Of a stretch of 64,000 bases of DNA, positions 48,601 to 59,279 are shown one piece after another. Numbering within the stretch: position 1 is the first letter of the stretch; each line of letters opens with the position of its first letter. The notes beneath the pieces were generated by a model. The model was not told the DNA's origin, made no database searches, and worked only from the letters and a program-made list of their open reading frames with translations. The translations under genes were made by a program, and so were the position numbers. This DNA is from Amphiscolops sp. MND2022. Lineage: Eukaryota. Where the stretch lies: positions 44,766,001 to 44,830,000 of the forward strand of contig OZ076413.1 in NCBI GenBank assembly GCA_964187785.1, in the 5' to 3' direction.

Positions 48601-49964
48601 TCAAAGTCAAACACAGCTAAATTTTGGAACAATCGTCTCTCCGTTTCAACATGAATGTTTATTCCCTCCAGTTTCTCGAAAATTGTTTCTCTAAGTTCGT
48701 ACGGTCCATTGGGATAAGTATGTTTAACTTTGTCATCACGACTCAGCAAATGACGATCCAATAGAGAGCTCTTCGTGAAATACTTGTCACAGTTGTGACA
48801 TCTAAAGTTTTTCAAGAGAGTGTTGATGTTACTGACCCAACACACGTGGTTGTTGTACTGAACTAAAGATAACCCTTTCCCGAAATGTCCTGCACTTTTT
48901 CGTGAGAGTTCCCCAAGTAGTAAGCCTTCTTCATCGTAATACAAAGAATACATATTCAAATTAACTGATGTAATTTTTTCTACTAGAGGAATTTCCTCTG
49001 GCGAAACACCAGGGAAATCAATTGCATCTTGTCCACTTCCGCTCAAGAACGATGTGAAGTAGAGAAGGGTATTGTTCGACAAGTTCTCACTCCCATGAAG
49101 ATCGAATGCTATCGCCCGAAAAAGACACAAATTGTCGTGATACGGCTTACTATTACTGTCGGAGAGAAAGCATTTAACACTCTTATTCCGAATCAAAGCA
49201 TTGGGTAACTCTACATCAGTACAACTAAGTGCAACTCGAGGCATCAGATAGACAAAGAAAGTCACATTAGTCACACAGTAAAATCGCCATTTTGTGTCCG
49301 GACGCTGTTGAATAATACTCTCGAAGACGTTTTCCTCTTCATAACGTTCCTTGATAAATTCTAAGTCTTCTAATGTAGAAAATATGACTGGGAAATGAAA
49401 TACGGGATTATTATTCTCAGCGTAAAAGTATCGGAACTCCCCGTGGTTCTGAATGTTTTGCAAGACAAACCCAAACGAAAAGTTGAGTTTTGCTGCACAA
49501 GGAAGTTCAGAATGGATAAAATCCAATTTCTCATCAATAAACTTTTCATCCAGCGAATTCAGTCTGAAATTATAAACAATTTTCCTACTGGTTTGGATTT
49601 TTGAGTCCGTAAGAAAATGTTGTACAGTACGCATCTCACTCAAGAGATTTGGATCGGAGTTGAATTCACTCAGATCCATTTCATTGTTGACGTTGGAGGT
49701 TGAAGGATAATTTTGGTGTTGGGAACGATTGTGGAAAGATAGTTGATGAAAGGTCTGGAAAGGTTGGTGACACACTCTGCAAACGAATGATTTCGCACGA
49801 TTTGCACCATGTTTTGTTGCAATATGATATTGTAATCTCACCAATTTTCCAAATGTCTTGGGACAATTTGGACATCGATGTTGATGAGATTTAATATGAC
49901 GAGCAAAATTCTTTTTCGCAAAAGGTTTATTGCAAACGTCACACTGCTTGCGATCGTGTGGCAT
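45624..49964 (-). pseudogene. Protein-primed family B DNA polymerase with N-terminal C2H2 fingers and a Vsr/PD-(D/E)xK-like insert; one in-frame stop
   Basis: ORFs 47148-49964 and 45624-47129 are in the same frame, separated by TAG at 47148-47150 (FNGKQ*KFGRFSVDGY). Motifs VFDFEA, FNSSKYD, YNVKDV, DASQLYP, KLIANSSYG, MDTDSLY, KTYC, CKGV. Confidence 0.93.
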
Positions 49965-49972
49965 CTTTTAAA

Positions 49973-50596
49973 TTAATTATGCGATAAGATGGTCTGCAAA
50001 TGGTCAAGGGTAACCTTTTGTCCAGACGATAGTGTATCCACTAATTTCACAAACTCGGAACCAATGGGGGAAAAAACTATTTGCTCAACTTTGGATATTA
50101 GGTCTGCGTTGAATCGTGGTCCAGAGATACTTCTTGAAGAAAAAGCTTTCGCAAAGTGAAACTTGAATCTTTTACGGAATAGTCTTTTTCTTGCCAAACT
50201 GGGTTGCTTCAATGATGGATAAGGTAGACTTTGATGAAAGTGAATAGCAGCCAACAATTTCTGAAAAATAGAACCTTTCAGATCAACAATTTCGGTAAAA
50301 TAAAATTTGAACGCAGTGAATAGACAATCAATCTGCTGTGATCTGAAATTCGTTGACGTAAAACATTTGGTTACTTTGGAATGTACGAGAGAATCAGAGA
50401 AAATTATGTGAGTGGAACAGTTAATTTGTTTGCAAATTTTTGTATGTGATCCAACGACGTACTGTTCGAAATTATTCAAATCGATTTGTGAAGGTTGGGA
50501 TTCAAAAATGACCAACAAACAACAGTCTGTGAAAGATTGGAAAAAAGGTGGAAATAAATCGGGCGTTCCACAAGCCATGAAAAATGTTACTCTCAA
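49973..50596 (-). CDS. Hypothetical Polinton protein
   Basis: 207-codon ORF abutting the PolB start on the same strand; no recognised motif. Confidence 0.5.
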   Translation of the reverse strand: MRVTFFMACGTPDLFPPFFQSFTDCCLLVIFESQPSQIDLNNFEQYVVGSHTKICKQINCSTHIIFSDSLVHSKVTKCFTSTNFRSQQIDCLFTAFKFYFTEIVDLKGSIFQKLLAAIHFHQSLPYPSLKQPSLARKRLFRKRFKFHFAKAFSSRSISGPRFNADLISKVEQIVFSPIGSEFVKLVDTLSSGQKVTLDHLQTILSHN

Positions 50597-51018
50597 AAAG
50601 TGAAAAGATATCTTACAAAAATGGAAAAGTAAGGAAAGTACTACGAAAGGTTTTCATCTACAAAATGAAATGATAAACATGACACATCACGAGCAAAAAG
50701 AAAAATTTTCAATTGGTCATTTCCTTTTAATTTTGAAAGTAAGCAACTCAAATACAAAATTCTGATTGGTTCGCGAGAAAGTGTTGAATCGGTCGATCGA
50801 TTTAATGATTTAGAGTGTCAGCCAATGAAGTTTATTCTCTGAAATCACTGGAAAATATTCCTCTCTAAATACGTGATAGAGAGTAGAAATTCCAAATCGT
50901 GACCAATCACAGATTTATGTTATTGGATACTTGATCGTCTTGATTGATTTCAGCCGACAGCCATTCCATTGTATATCTCCTCCAGACTAGACACCTAAAA
51001 TTTCACTCTACTATTAAG

Positions 51019-51642
51019 ATGAAAGTATTCACCTTTGAAACAATACCTGACAAAGAAAAGATCACTTTTCATTGGGACGAAGCTAATGGAGAGATTGTAT
51101 TTGTTACAGAGAGTCGAATTTTTCAGGACGATTGGAGTGTATCGAACAAAATTTGTATTCCTGATGTTCTCTTCTCAATGTCCCACATTTGGATGCACTG
51201 TGTGAAGCAAGAAAGTGATGTAGCCTTATCATCGATAGTTTTACATAGCAAAAATATTCCTCGCCATCAATTTTTGGAGCCTACCCCAAACTTACTTTTA
51301 CAACCTGTAACGAATTGTGAATCAATATCTCCAAGTGTGAGAGAGATTTTCTACGAGCATGACTTATCACGTTGTCCGCTGTCAGCTAATCAATTGGGAC
51401 TTTTAGAAGACATGGAAAGGTTGGAAGGTGCCTGGTCATTGAACGATCAGAGTTCATTCACTCAGTCAACATCCAACGATGTCGCGACTCGCAAAAGGAT
51501 AATACCCCGAATGGGTACTTCGGCCATTAGAGGAAAGAGTCACCGACTAGACACGAAACAAGAGAACGTTGATTCGAACCTTTTGATTGGTCCTATCGAC
51601 AACGAGCACACGAGAGTAGGTGTCAGCGAATCAGATAATTGA
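51019..51642 (+). CDS. Hypothetical Polinton protein
   Basis: Long ORF (first ATG at 51019) downstream of a CCAAT-rich divergent intergenic region; no recognised motif. Confidence 0.55.
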   Translation: MKVFTFETIPDKEKITFHWDEANGEIVFVTESRIFQDDWSVSNKICIPDVLFSMSHIWMHCVKQESDVALSSIVLHSKNIPRHQFLEPTPNLLLQPVTNCESISPSVREIFYEHDLSRCPLSANQLGLLEDMERLEGAWSLNDQSSFTQSTSNDVATRKRIIPRMGTSAIRGKSHRLDTKQENVDSNLLIGPIDNEHTRVGVSESDN

Positions 51643-51830
51643 AAAATTTTACTCGTTTATTCAACGTTACGAGTATATTCGATTCATCATTTAACTCAAC
51701 ATTATTTCACTTTTTTACTAAAAGCCAAGAAGTCTGTACGTCCTTTTTCATTTCCTCCAGTATAGATAAAATTGATACTCTTTTTTACTAACATCTTTAA
51801 CGTTGTTTTAACGTGGAACATTCAATCAAG

Positions 51831-52571
51831 ATGAAGAGAAGTCTTTCCTCAATTTCATCAAAAGGATACAACGCTGAGCCTAACGTGGAAAGTGGGACTT
51901 TGGGACTTCGAGCATTGAACAGCTACAAAGAACGAAATGCTGTTGGAGTTTTGGAGCAAGAAAACTGTTGGGATTTTTCGCACGTACCTTTCAGAACTCT
52001 GAGAGTATCAATTCCCAAATACTCATATGAGAGGGAAACAGTTTCGGATTGGGTTCATTTCAAATTTCTCAAAAAGGATCGAGGAGAGTACAAAGGACAT
52101 CAACTCGTTATTCTTTCTCTTTATGAAACTCGTCAATTTTTGTCAAGTTTGGAACGAATCAATAAAGATTCTCACTCACAATTTGAGTGTATCAAAGGTG
52201 ATACAAACTACGGAACAGACATTTCAGACTTCCCACAAAGTCATTCTCCGTCCAATTTCCCTACTTTGGAGGAAGATCGAGAAAAAGGAATTAAATTTTG
52301 GGATATTTGCGAGTCTCCGAGACGATTTGTGGGAGCATCCCTCAAAGTGTATGACAATACTGACTATTCAAAGACATATATTCAATTGAAACTCTACACT
52401 AGAAATGATACTCATGACCAATTCGTTCGGAAAGGGGCACTCAGTCTGCGGGTTGGTGAACTCGAGGAACTAACCCGACACGATAGTCAACTGATGGAAG
52501 CAGTTGTGAGAGAATCACTGAGAAAGTACAAATTGTGGAAGGAAAACTCTGCATTTTCATTAAAAGTTTGA
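51831..52571 (+). CDS. Tandem PC4-like (putative ssDNA-binding) domain protein
   Basis: Two repeats of beta-strands followed by an L.L…E helix (RVSIPKY…WVHFKFLKK…LVILSLYETRQF; ASLKVY…YIQLKLY…GALSLRVGELEEL). Confidence 0.55.
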   Translation: MKRSLSSISSKGYNAEPNVESGTLGLRALNSYKERNAVGVLEQENCWDFSHVPFRTLRVSIPKYSYERETVSDWVHFKFLKKDRGEYKGHQLVILSLYETRQFLSSLERINKDSHSQFECIKGDTNYGTDISDFPQSHSPSNFPTLEEDREKGIKFWDICESPRRFVGASLKVYDNTDYSKTYIQLKLYTRNDTHDQFVRKGALSLRVGELEELTRHDSQLMEAVVRESLRKYKLWKENSAFSLKV

Positions 52572-52704
52572 ATGATGTTCTTTTTATCTTACTTATGTAT
52601 GTGCATGTTTTCCGAAGTATTTATTTCCATCGTTCTCGTGAATTGAAAAATAATAGAGTTTTCATTACAATTCATGTTTCATTAGAAGTGAGTCGGGTAG
52701 AATA

Positions 52705-53106
52705 ATGATTGATATAGGAGAGAATAGAAAACTTATTACCAGGAAAAAAGTTAAAAGAACAATTGAATTCATTGAGTGCAAAACGTTTGGATCCAAGTGT
52801 CAGCCTGAATTTCATTTACAATTTAGTCTACTGGAAGCGAGTCTCTTTCCTAAAGAAATTGAAGTTGTCACAAAAGAATCCAAGTCTTTCAAATATTCGA
52901 ACGGAAGAAGGAGACTCGAATTGACATTCTGGGGTACAGATAACAAAATTGCAAACTGTAAAATTGAAGTTAAACAGTTTAAAAAGACAAAATTCGTTAC
53001 AATCAATAGCTTAGCGCTCTCTACTCAAGAATATTTGCGACTAAAACAATTTTGTACGTCAACAATATCGGTACCTGAAATTGACATTTTGGAACAGTCT
53101 CAGTGA
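52705..53106 (+). CDS. Hypothetical protein, possibly a further PC4-like paralog
   Basis: RRLELTFW…KIEVKQF…SLALSTQEYLRL shows the same pattern as the neighbouring gene. Confidence 0.45.
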   Translation: MIDIGENRKLITRKKVKRTIEFIECKTFGSKCQPEFHLQFSLLEASLFPKEIEVVTKESKSFKYSNGRRRLELTFWGTDNKIANCKIEVKQFKKTKFVTINSLALSTQEYLRLKQFCTSTISVPEIDILEQSQ

Positions 53107-53554
53107 ACATTTTGGAACAGTCTCATTGAACATTTACCCAACAATGAATTTGAACTCGATTCTGTCAATTGAAAAAGAAATATCCACCAATACTCATTTT
53201 CAGAAAAACACTAAACGCAAAAATTTTTTCTTGGCGTGTTGTCTCTCCATCAGTTCAGAAGTAGATTTATTAGAAATTGATCGACTAGCTCCGTTCGGTG
53301 GTTTGATAGGAATTGGTGACTCAACTCTCGAGACAGTATTCGGTGGATTGAAGTGTTTTCGAATGCATGCAGTTTTACATGATGTATCTGGTTTCATGAA
53401 AACGACATATTCAAGAGGAGTCGGATATTGTTATGTATTCAAAAGCGATACCATACTACCATATTCCTGTTTATTGGGACACATTACTGGTTTAGTTTAT
53501 TGTCTCTATTTGAAATTCTATCATTCCAAGCCTTTCAGTGATTTCGATGTTTGA
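53081..53554 (+). CDS. Phospholipase A2-like protein (adintovirus PLA2-type); start uncertain (first ATG 53144)
   Basis: G.IG.G loop followed by HAVLHD….Y..G.GY, resembling the His-Asp catalytic helix of parvoviral/secreted PLA2. Confidence 0.5.
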   Translation: MTFWNSLSEHFGTVSLNIYPTMNLNSILSIEKEISTNTHFQKNTKRKNFFLACCLSISSEVDLLEIDRLAPFGGLIGIGDSTLETVFGGLKCFRMHAVLHDVSGFMKTTYSRGVGYCYVFKSDTILPYSCLLGHITGLVYCLYLKFYHSKPFSDFDV

Positions 53555-53635
53555 TTAGCTTCACAGTTTCAAAACCGTGATCGTCCCCTCATTATCCAAT
53601 TTCAACCACAAAATCTAGTTTGCTCAATCACGGAA

Positions 53636-53914
53636 ATGACTGATGGTGTTGATGGTTTGGAAACAATTACACCCCAACAGATTGTATTTGACTCAAACAA
53701 TCAAGAACATCAAGAACGATCACCTTGGTTCTTTTTGGGACGCGAATGTTCGAGATCTGCTAGCCTCTTTTTCTTTCAGTGTTTTTTAATTTTTATTTTA
53801 GTTTCAACGTCAATCACTTGCATTGCATTATCAAAAAGTTGTGAAGAGTCAACTGTTTGGGTTGCAATTTTAACGTGGGCTGTTGGCTATATCTTACCTT
53901 CTCCGAGGCCTTAA
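53636..53914 (+). CDS. Small two-transmembrane Polinton protein
   Basis: Two hydrophobic helices ending in GYILPSP, directly upstream of the ATPase. Confidence 0.65.
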   Translation: MTDGVDGLETITPQQIVFDSNNQEHQERSPWFFLGRECSRSASLFFFQCFLIFILVSTSITCIALSKSCEESTVWVAILTWAVGYILPSPRP

Positions 53915-53915
53915 C

Positions 53916-54680
53916 ATGAACAAAATTATTTCCACGAAAGACAGGCTTTTCATGTCTATAGTAGGCCCATCTGGGTGTGGAAAGTCCCATTTGATTTTCG
54001 ACATGTTGAGAAGCAGAACTTTTTTCCCCGAGTTTGACAAAGTTTTGTATTTTTTCAAACACAGTCAACCTCTATTTGAGCAAATGAGTCGCGAGTTTCC
54101 AAAGTTAGAATTCATCGGATCGCTAGATTTCGATCTAATTGACAATCTACCAGATAATGGAACCAATTATCTTTTAGTGTTCGATGATTCCTGTCAAGAA
54201 ATTTACAAATCGCAAAAGTTCATCGACTTGGCTACTGCAGGAAGACACAAAAAGCTGAGTTGTATTTATATCAAACACAATCTCTTTCAAAAATCATCTA
54301 ACGGTCGGGATATAGACTTGCAAAATACACATATTGTTCTTTTCAAATCACCGCGTGACGTACAACAAGTAAAAGTTCTCAGTCGTCAATTAGGAATTGG
54401 ACGTCAACTAGTAGATTGGTACATTGATGCTACTACAAAACCTTTCGGACACTTGATGATTGACCTTAGTCCAAAAACTGATGATCTCATACGTTATTTT
54501 ACTAATTGTACATCATTTCCTTCACAGTTTTACCTACCTAGCAGTAGAGCACGACAGTGTGGGTTAAATGATCAAACCACTGAATTACTTTACTCTGAAA
54601 CTCTTTTTGACTTTCAACAAAACCCTCCAAAAAATTTTCCTCAAAAAATGTTCCAAAGACTTTCTTCGTTTTCTATGTGA
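53916..54680 (+). CDS. A32/FtsK-HerA-type genome packaging ATPase
   Basis: Walker A GPSGCGKS, Walker B LLVFDD, GRH, HNLF, VLFKSPRD, PFGHL.IDL. Confidence 0.93.
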   Translation: MNKIISTKDRLFMSIVGPSGCGKSHLIFDMLRSRTFFPEFDKVLYFFKHSQPLFEQMSREFPKLEFIGSLDFDLIDNLPDNGTNYLLVFDDSCQEIYKSQKFIDLATAGRHKKLSCIYIKHNLFQKSSNGRDIDLQNTHIVLFKSPRDVQQVKVLSRQLGIGRQLVDWYIDATTKPFGHLMIDLSPKTDDLIRYFTNCTSFPSQFYLPSSRARQCGLNDQTTELLYSETLFDFQQNPPKNFPQKMFQRLSSFSM

Positions 54681-54885
54681 GTGTGTTAAAAATCTACTAG
54701 AAGGGAATCTCTGTGAAATTCGGCGAAAGCAAATCAAACGGTTTGAATCTTTAATCATTCGGATAATTTCCCCAAAGACTTCTGTGAGAACAAGACGTGC
54801 TTTGCTAGCCAGTGATAAGGGACTCTCGCTAATCAGATTGATTGGTGGTTGCGTTTTGAAAAAGTTTGCACATAGATTTGATTGA
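54568..54885 (+). CDS. Conserved small basic Polinton protein
   Basis: LCEC..NLL.GN motif, overlapping the ATPase 3' end. Confidence 0.65.
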   Translation: MIKPLNYFTLKLFLTFNKTLQKIFLKKCSKDFLRFLCECVKNLLEGNLCEIRRKQIKRFESLIIRIISPKTSVRTRRALLASDKGLSLIRLIGGCVLKKFAHRFD

Positions 54886-55403
54886 TGGACAAAAGTAAGT
54901 TTGTCTTGATTCCCTTATCTTTGTGGGAAAATCGATTCAAAAGTTACTTCGAACCCACAACTACAAAAGAAAAATCAGCAGGACAAGTTTATCTCAAATT
55001 AGGAGGGTCATTAACCCCGAAGACTGATCGTAAGTCGATGGTTTTTGAACCTAAATATAAAGTTAGTAAAGTTGCTCCCCAATCACCTCAGAAATCGTCG
55101 CTACCTAATTTCGAAGAAACCTTGGAGAATAAATACAAGAACAATTCTTCGGCAAAAAAAATTCTCAAAAAGCTGACAACGAACGATTCCATCAAGTTTT
55201 CAATCAACAAAACTATAATAGTTGACGACATTGACACTGAAATTGAAGTGGAGGACTTTATCTCGAACTTGACAAGGAAGAAAGGTGAATTCGATCCACG
55301 CTTCACAATAATTTTGAATGTTCTAGATCTTGATCCATCTACTGTTCAGAATTCTAAAGCTTTCAATGACCACAATGCAGGATGGGTCTATTACGCTTTC
55401 TGA
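54885..55403 (+). CDS. Hypothetical Polinton protein upstream of the integrase
   Basis: 172-codon ORF tightly overlapping its neighbours, with an N-terminal KFVLIP motif. Confidence 0.6.
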   Translation: MDKSKFVLIPLSLWENRFKSYFEPTTTKEKSAGQVYLKLGGSLTPKTDRKSMVFEPKYKVSKVAPQSPQKSSLPNFEETLENKYKNNSSAKKILKKLTTNDSIKFSINKTIIVDDIDTEIEVEDFISNLTRKKGEFDPRFTIILNVLDLDPSTVQNSKAFNDHNAGWVYYAF

Positions 55404-56300
55404 AAGATTACTATTGAATAAGTTGTACAGAAAAGGTCCTTCAGCGTTTGGGTCAATCAAAAGTTTATGTAAAAGCAGTGGTCTCACTCGGAAGAAAGTA
55501 GAAACATTTCTCGAATCAAAAAGTGCCTATACAAAGTTTAAACAGAGACGAGGAAAATTTAATCGACTTTCTGCTCGAGCTAGATTTATCAATGACATTT
55601 GGTGCTTGGATTTAGCGCAAATGGATAGACTAGCATCTTACAATTCAGGAGTCAAGTATTTAATGGTTGCCGTTGACATCTTTTCACGATTCGTTCGTGT
55701 ACAACCTCTAAGAACGAAGAGTGCGAAAAGTACTGAAAATGCATTTGTCAAGATGTGTGGACGTTCCTCAAATGGATTGGATTTCCCCAAAAAACTTTGG
55801 ATTGATCGAGGTAAAGAATTCCTCGGTGACTTTGAAACTTTTTGTGAAGATGTTGGCATTGTCGTTTATCATACAAACAGTGAAACCAAAGCAGCCTACG
55901 CGGAAAGAGTTATTCGATCCTTGAAAAATGTTATTTATCGTTATCTAGAGGAGAAGAATACTTTCAATTACTTGAAAGAGCTTCCCGCATTCGTTGAAAC
56001 ACTAAATTCACGCGTGTCCTCGGCCACCAACTTAGCACCTAAGCATGTGATGAACGAACATTTTCTTCAGGTTTTGTATGGTGCCAGAAATTCGTACAAC
56101 CCTCCCAAAAGTGGGTCCGAATCGCAAAAGTTGATAAAGCCTTTCGACGAGGATATAAATCCCAATTCACAGATGAATTGTTCACTATTACTAAAATTGC
56201 TACTCGCTACCCTATTGTTACCTACATAATCAAAGATCAGACTGGAGAAACAATTTCGGGAAAGTTTTACCAATCAGAATTGTCTCGTCAAATCACTTGA
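55364..56300 (+). pseudogene. Retroviral-like (rve) DDE integrase; deletion/frameshift near 56110
   Basis: WCLDLA (D), WIDRGKEF (D), KAAYAER..RSLK (E). The C-terminus VRIAKVDKAFRRGYKSQFTDELF…GKFYQSEL continues in another frame to TGA at 56300, and the K.GD segment is missing. Confidence 0.92.
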
Positions 56301-56303
56301 CAG

Positions 56304-57146
56304 ATGGATAACTTTATTGTCGAGTTGGTTTCGAACGCTTCTTCTTCTATTTACCCTGAGAATACACTTGCTTCGTTCACCAATTTTCTTCCCGAACAAT
56401 TGTACTTAGATGGTGATTGGGAAGTAGCTCTTCTTGAAATCACTTACCCTGCTCTTTATAACAACATTACTGAGGGTAAATTTTGGTACGTACCACAGAG
56501 AAGTACTTCCAAAAAAAGCAACAATGAAGAAACGAGGGAAGCATTGAATGAATCTTACGAATCTGTGACTATTCTGCCTGGAATGTATTTATCATTAGAT
56601 GAGATTTTTCAGTCGATGAATGATGCACTCAGGTTGCGCAACAGACAAAGTGTCGAACTAAAATGGAAGGTTGATTCAATTACTAGACACTGTGAAATTG
56701 AGTTAGCATCTGACAAGTCACAACTAGTTTTCGCTAGTCAGGACTTATGTTCGATACTGGGTTTTAGTCAGTCAGTGTGGTTTAGTAGCAAAGGTCCTCA
56801 CAGGAGTGAGTTTCCAATAGATATTCTGCGTTTCCACTCTGTCATGGTATACACTGATATCGTTGAATTTTCAATCATTGGTGATACCAAAGCTCCAATT
56901 CTGAGATGCTTTCCGTTCAATAATAAAATTCAAAGAGATTCTATATCCGTCACAAAGTATTCCAATTATGTTTCGTTCGACAATTTACAATTCCGAAGAT
57001 TTTTGAAAATTTCAATACATTCAATCAAAGTTGAACTGAGAAGTCCGACAGGAGAATTAATCCCTTTCGTTACAGTCGGCATAACACGACTCACTTTACT
57101 TTTCAGAAAAACGAAAGCTAGTCCCAAAGACTCGATTCCAATCTGA
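56304..57146 (+). CDS. Polinton minor capsid (penton-like) protein
   Basis: LVSNAS..IYPENTLASFTNFLP..L.L.GDWEVAL.EI; VYTDIVE….GD..APILR. Confidence 0.88.
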   Translation: MDNFIVELVSNASSSIYPENTLASFTNFLPEQLYLDGDWEVALLEITYPALYNNITEGKFWYVPQRSTSKKSNNEETREALNESYESVTILPGMYLSLDEIFQSMNDALRLRNRQSVELKWKVDSITRHCEIELASDKSQLVFASQDLCSILGFSQSVWFSSKGPHRSEFPIDILRFHSVMVYTDIVEFSIIGDTKAPILRCFPFNNKIQRDSISVTKYSNYVSFDNLQFRRFLKISIHSIKVELRSPTGELIPFVTVGITRLTLLFRKTKASPKDSIPI

Positions 57147-57148
57147 TC

Positions 57149-57517
57149 ATGAGAAATGTTCATTTACCTCACTTTAGTGGCGTTCCACGTCAACGAGGGA
57201 GAGGACTCGGAGCACTTGCTGGTACGATTGCTCGTACCGCTTTTCCTATCTTGAAACGCTTTGTTGTACCAGCTGCAAAAAAATTGGAAGAGATGCTATC
57301 GATATAGCCATACCGCAAGTTGAGGATGTCCTCAGCGGAAAATCATCCGTCAAAAAAGCAATCAGGAAAACAGCTTCTTCAACATTAAAAAAAACAAATT
57401 GGAGGAGGTCATCGGAAAAAAATTAGGAGGTCGAAAGGGAAAGCAAAAAGGTTCATTTCTAAACGAAAGAAGAGAAAACGCAGTCGCGAAGATTTCTTTA
57501 AAAAAATTAAAGAGTAA
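57149..57517 (+). pseudogene. Basic core protein, frameshifts in A-runs (~57280, ~57390)
   Basis: MRNVHLPHFSGVPRQRGRGLGALA…PILKRFVVPAAKK/IGRDAIDIAIPQV..VLSGK…/QIGGG…RKRSREDFFKKIKE*; homolog of 1322-1780. The stop overlaps the MCP start (TAATG). Confidence 0.75.
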
Positions 57518-58761
57518 TGTCTGTACCCACTCCTGTGAATCACTCCTCATTAGATGTTTTTGATGGAGTTCCAATTTTGGAACCTATTCTTTGGTCCAAC
57601 ACTCAACAGACTTTCCCTACTAATTCACTGAATGAAGCTAGTATTGATTTCCATCTAGAGACAGATCGTAATGTAATGTTGGACTTACAGGAAACTTATT
57701 TACTTTTGAAAGTTGAAGTGAAAAAGGATGGCGTAGCCTTAGAAAACGCAGATGAAGTCATTTTCAGTAACAATGCGTTACATTCGCTTTTCTCCGACTG
57801 TGAAGTTTACTTCAACAATGAACAAATTTATACTTCTAATGGATTGTATCCTCACAAAGCACAAATTTCAAATGAATTTTCTGGAACTCGAGGTCTGAAA
57901 GATTCTATTGGAATATGTCAAGGGTACCAGTATGAAAATATCCCAAACGACTTTACTTCCGCTCCTTTCACGGGGAAAGTAATGACAGTGAACACTGGAG
58001 AAAAAATGTTTTATGGAAAGCTAGCGATCGATGTGTTCACTTGCGACAAATTTCTTCTACCCAATATCAAAGTTAGAATTCGACTCATTCGTTCACGACC
58101 GAATTTTTATCTCATTAGTACCCAAACAAAGAATTTCCATGCTACAATCAAGGAAGCTTCTCTTTTTACTAGAGTAGTTGCAGTGGATGAACCTTGTAGC
58201 CGTACTATCCAGGCAACAATCAAGGAGAGACCAGCTCGTTACAACTTTACAGAGGTTCTTAGTAAAACATTCATTATTCCAAACAACCAGAACCAGTTTA
58301 TTCACGAGAACATTTTCAACAATGCACCAATTAGGCGAATAGCTATCGCAATGAATACAAACACTGCTTTCACTGGAACTTTGGGAACAAACCCTTTTCA
58401 CTATAGAAAATTTGATCTTAGAGAAGTGCGAATCGTGAGGGGAAATCAAGTTATTGTCAGGATGGATACAAGAAATATTGTTCAGACTTATGTTACCACG
58501 ATGAAAGCTCTAAAATTTGAGGATGATGGTCCAAACATACCTTTGTCAGAGTATGAGAATCATTTCGTCCAAGTGTTTGATCTGACCTCCACACAAGAGG
58601 CTAATGTCCAAATGTATTATCCTGATGTAGTCGCTGCCAGTCTCAGACTAGAACTTTTCTTCCAGACAGCACTGACTGAAACAATTGAAGTGATTGTCCT
58701 CGGTGAACGATTGTCAACAATTTATTTAGACAAAAGTGGAACAGTTGTTAAGTATGGATAA
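57517..58761 (+). CDS. Polinton major capsid protein (intact)
   Basis: HSSLDVF, NNALHSLFS..EV, YP.KA, ENIF…P.RR, NPF.Y, VFDLT. Confidence 0.9.
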   Translation: MSVPTPVNHSSLDVFDGVPILEPILWSNTQQTFPTNSLNEASIDFHLETDRNVMLDLQETYLLLKVEVKKDGVALENADEVIFSNNALHSLFSDCEVYFNNEQIYTSNGLYPHKAQISNEFSGTRGLKDSIGICQGYQYENIPNDFTSAPFTGKVMTVNTGEKMFYGKLAIDVFTCDKFLLPNIKVRIRLIRSRPNFYLISTQTKNFHATIKEASLFTRVVAVDEPCSRTIQATIKERPARYNFTEVLSKTFIIPNNQNQFIHENIFNNAPIRRIAIAMNTNTAFTGTLGTNPFHYRKFDLREVRIVRGNQVIVRMDTRNIVQTYVTTMKALKFEDDGPNIPLSEYENHFVQVFDLTSTQEANVQMYYPDVVAASLRLELFFQTALTETIEVIVLGERLSTIYLDKSGTVVKYG

Positions 58762-59158
58762 TGAACAACTATTATCTATTGTCTCGAAAATTAAAAACTT
58801 GAAGTATAAATATTTGGGATCTTTTCCCGAAGATATGGTTCCATTTAATATTGACAAAAATAGTTTCTGTATAATTAACAGCGACTCGAGTACTGAACCC
58901 GGAACCCATTGAGTGATGATTGCGGATCGAGACGGAATACTCCACTTTGGTGATTCCTTGGGAAGATCGTTGGACTACTACAGAAAGATACGATTCAATT
59001 CGAACCGATCAGTGAAACTCTTGTGTAATTTTCGGTTGCAAAGACAAGACTTATGTGGACTATACTGTATTTATTTTGCCCATGTACGTTACAAATATGG
59101 AAATTTATCGTACGTTTGTGATAGTTTAATATTACGTTTCTTTGCTGAGTTTTTATAA
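58754..59158 (+). pseudogene. Adenain-like protease with a nonsense codon at the conserved Trp
   Basis: MDNEQL…YLGSFPED…IINSD….PGTH*VM…FGDSLG…LQ…LCGLYC; TGA at 58910-58912 is in frame. Confidence 0.88.
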
Positions 59159-59279
59159 TAAAATTTCACTTAATTTTCTTTCAAGTGACATTTGAGTATT
59201 GCGAGTTTTTTGCAAAATAATTCCAAAGATTTCAAAAATTTTCTTCACTATTTTTCGAGTCATGTTATTGTTTTTGAAT

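Noticed and set aside
47148..58912. Alternative genetic code in the Polintons
   Set aside because: TAG and TGA also end intact genes normally (e.g. 3130, 3640, 57146), and internal stops are single events.
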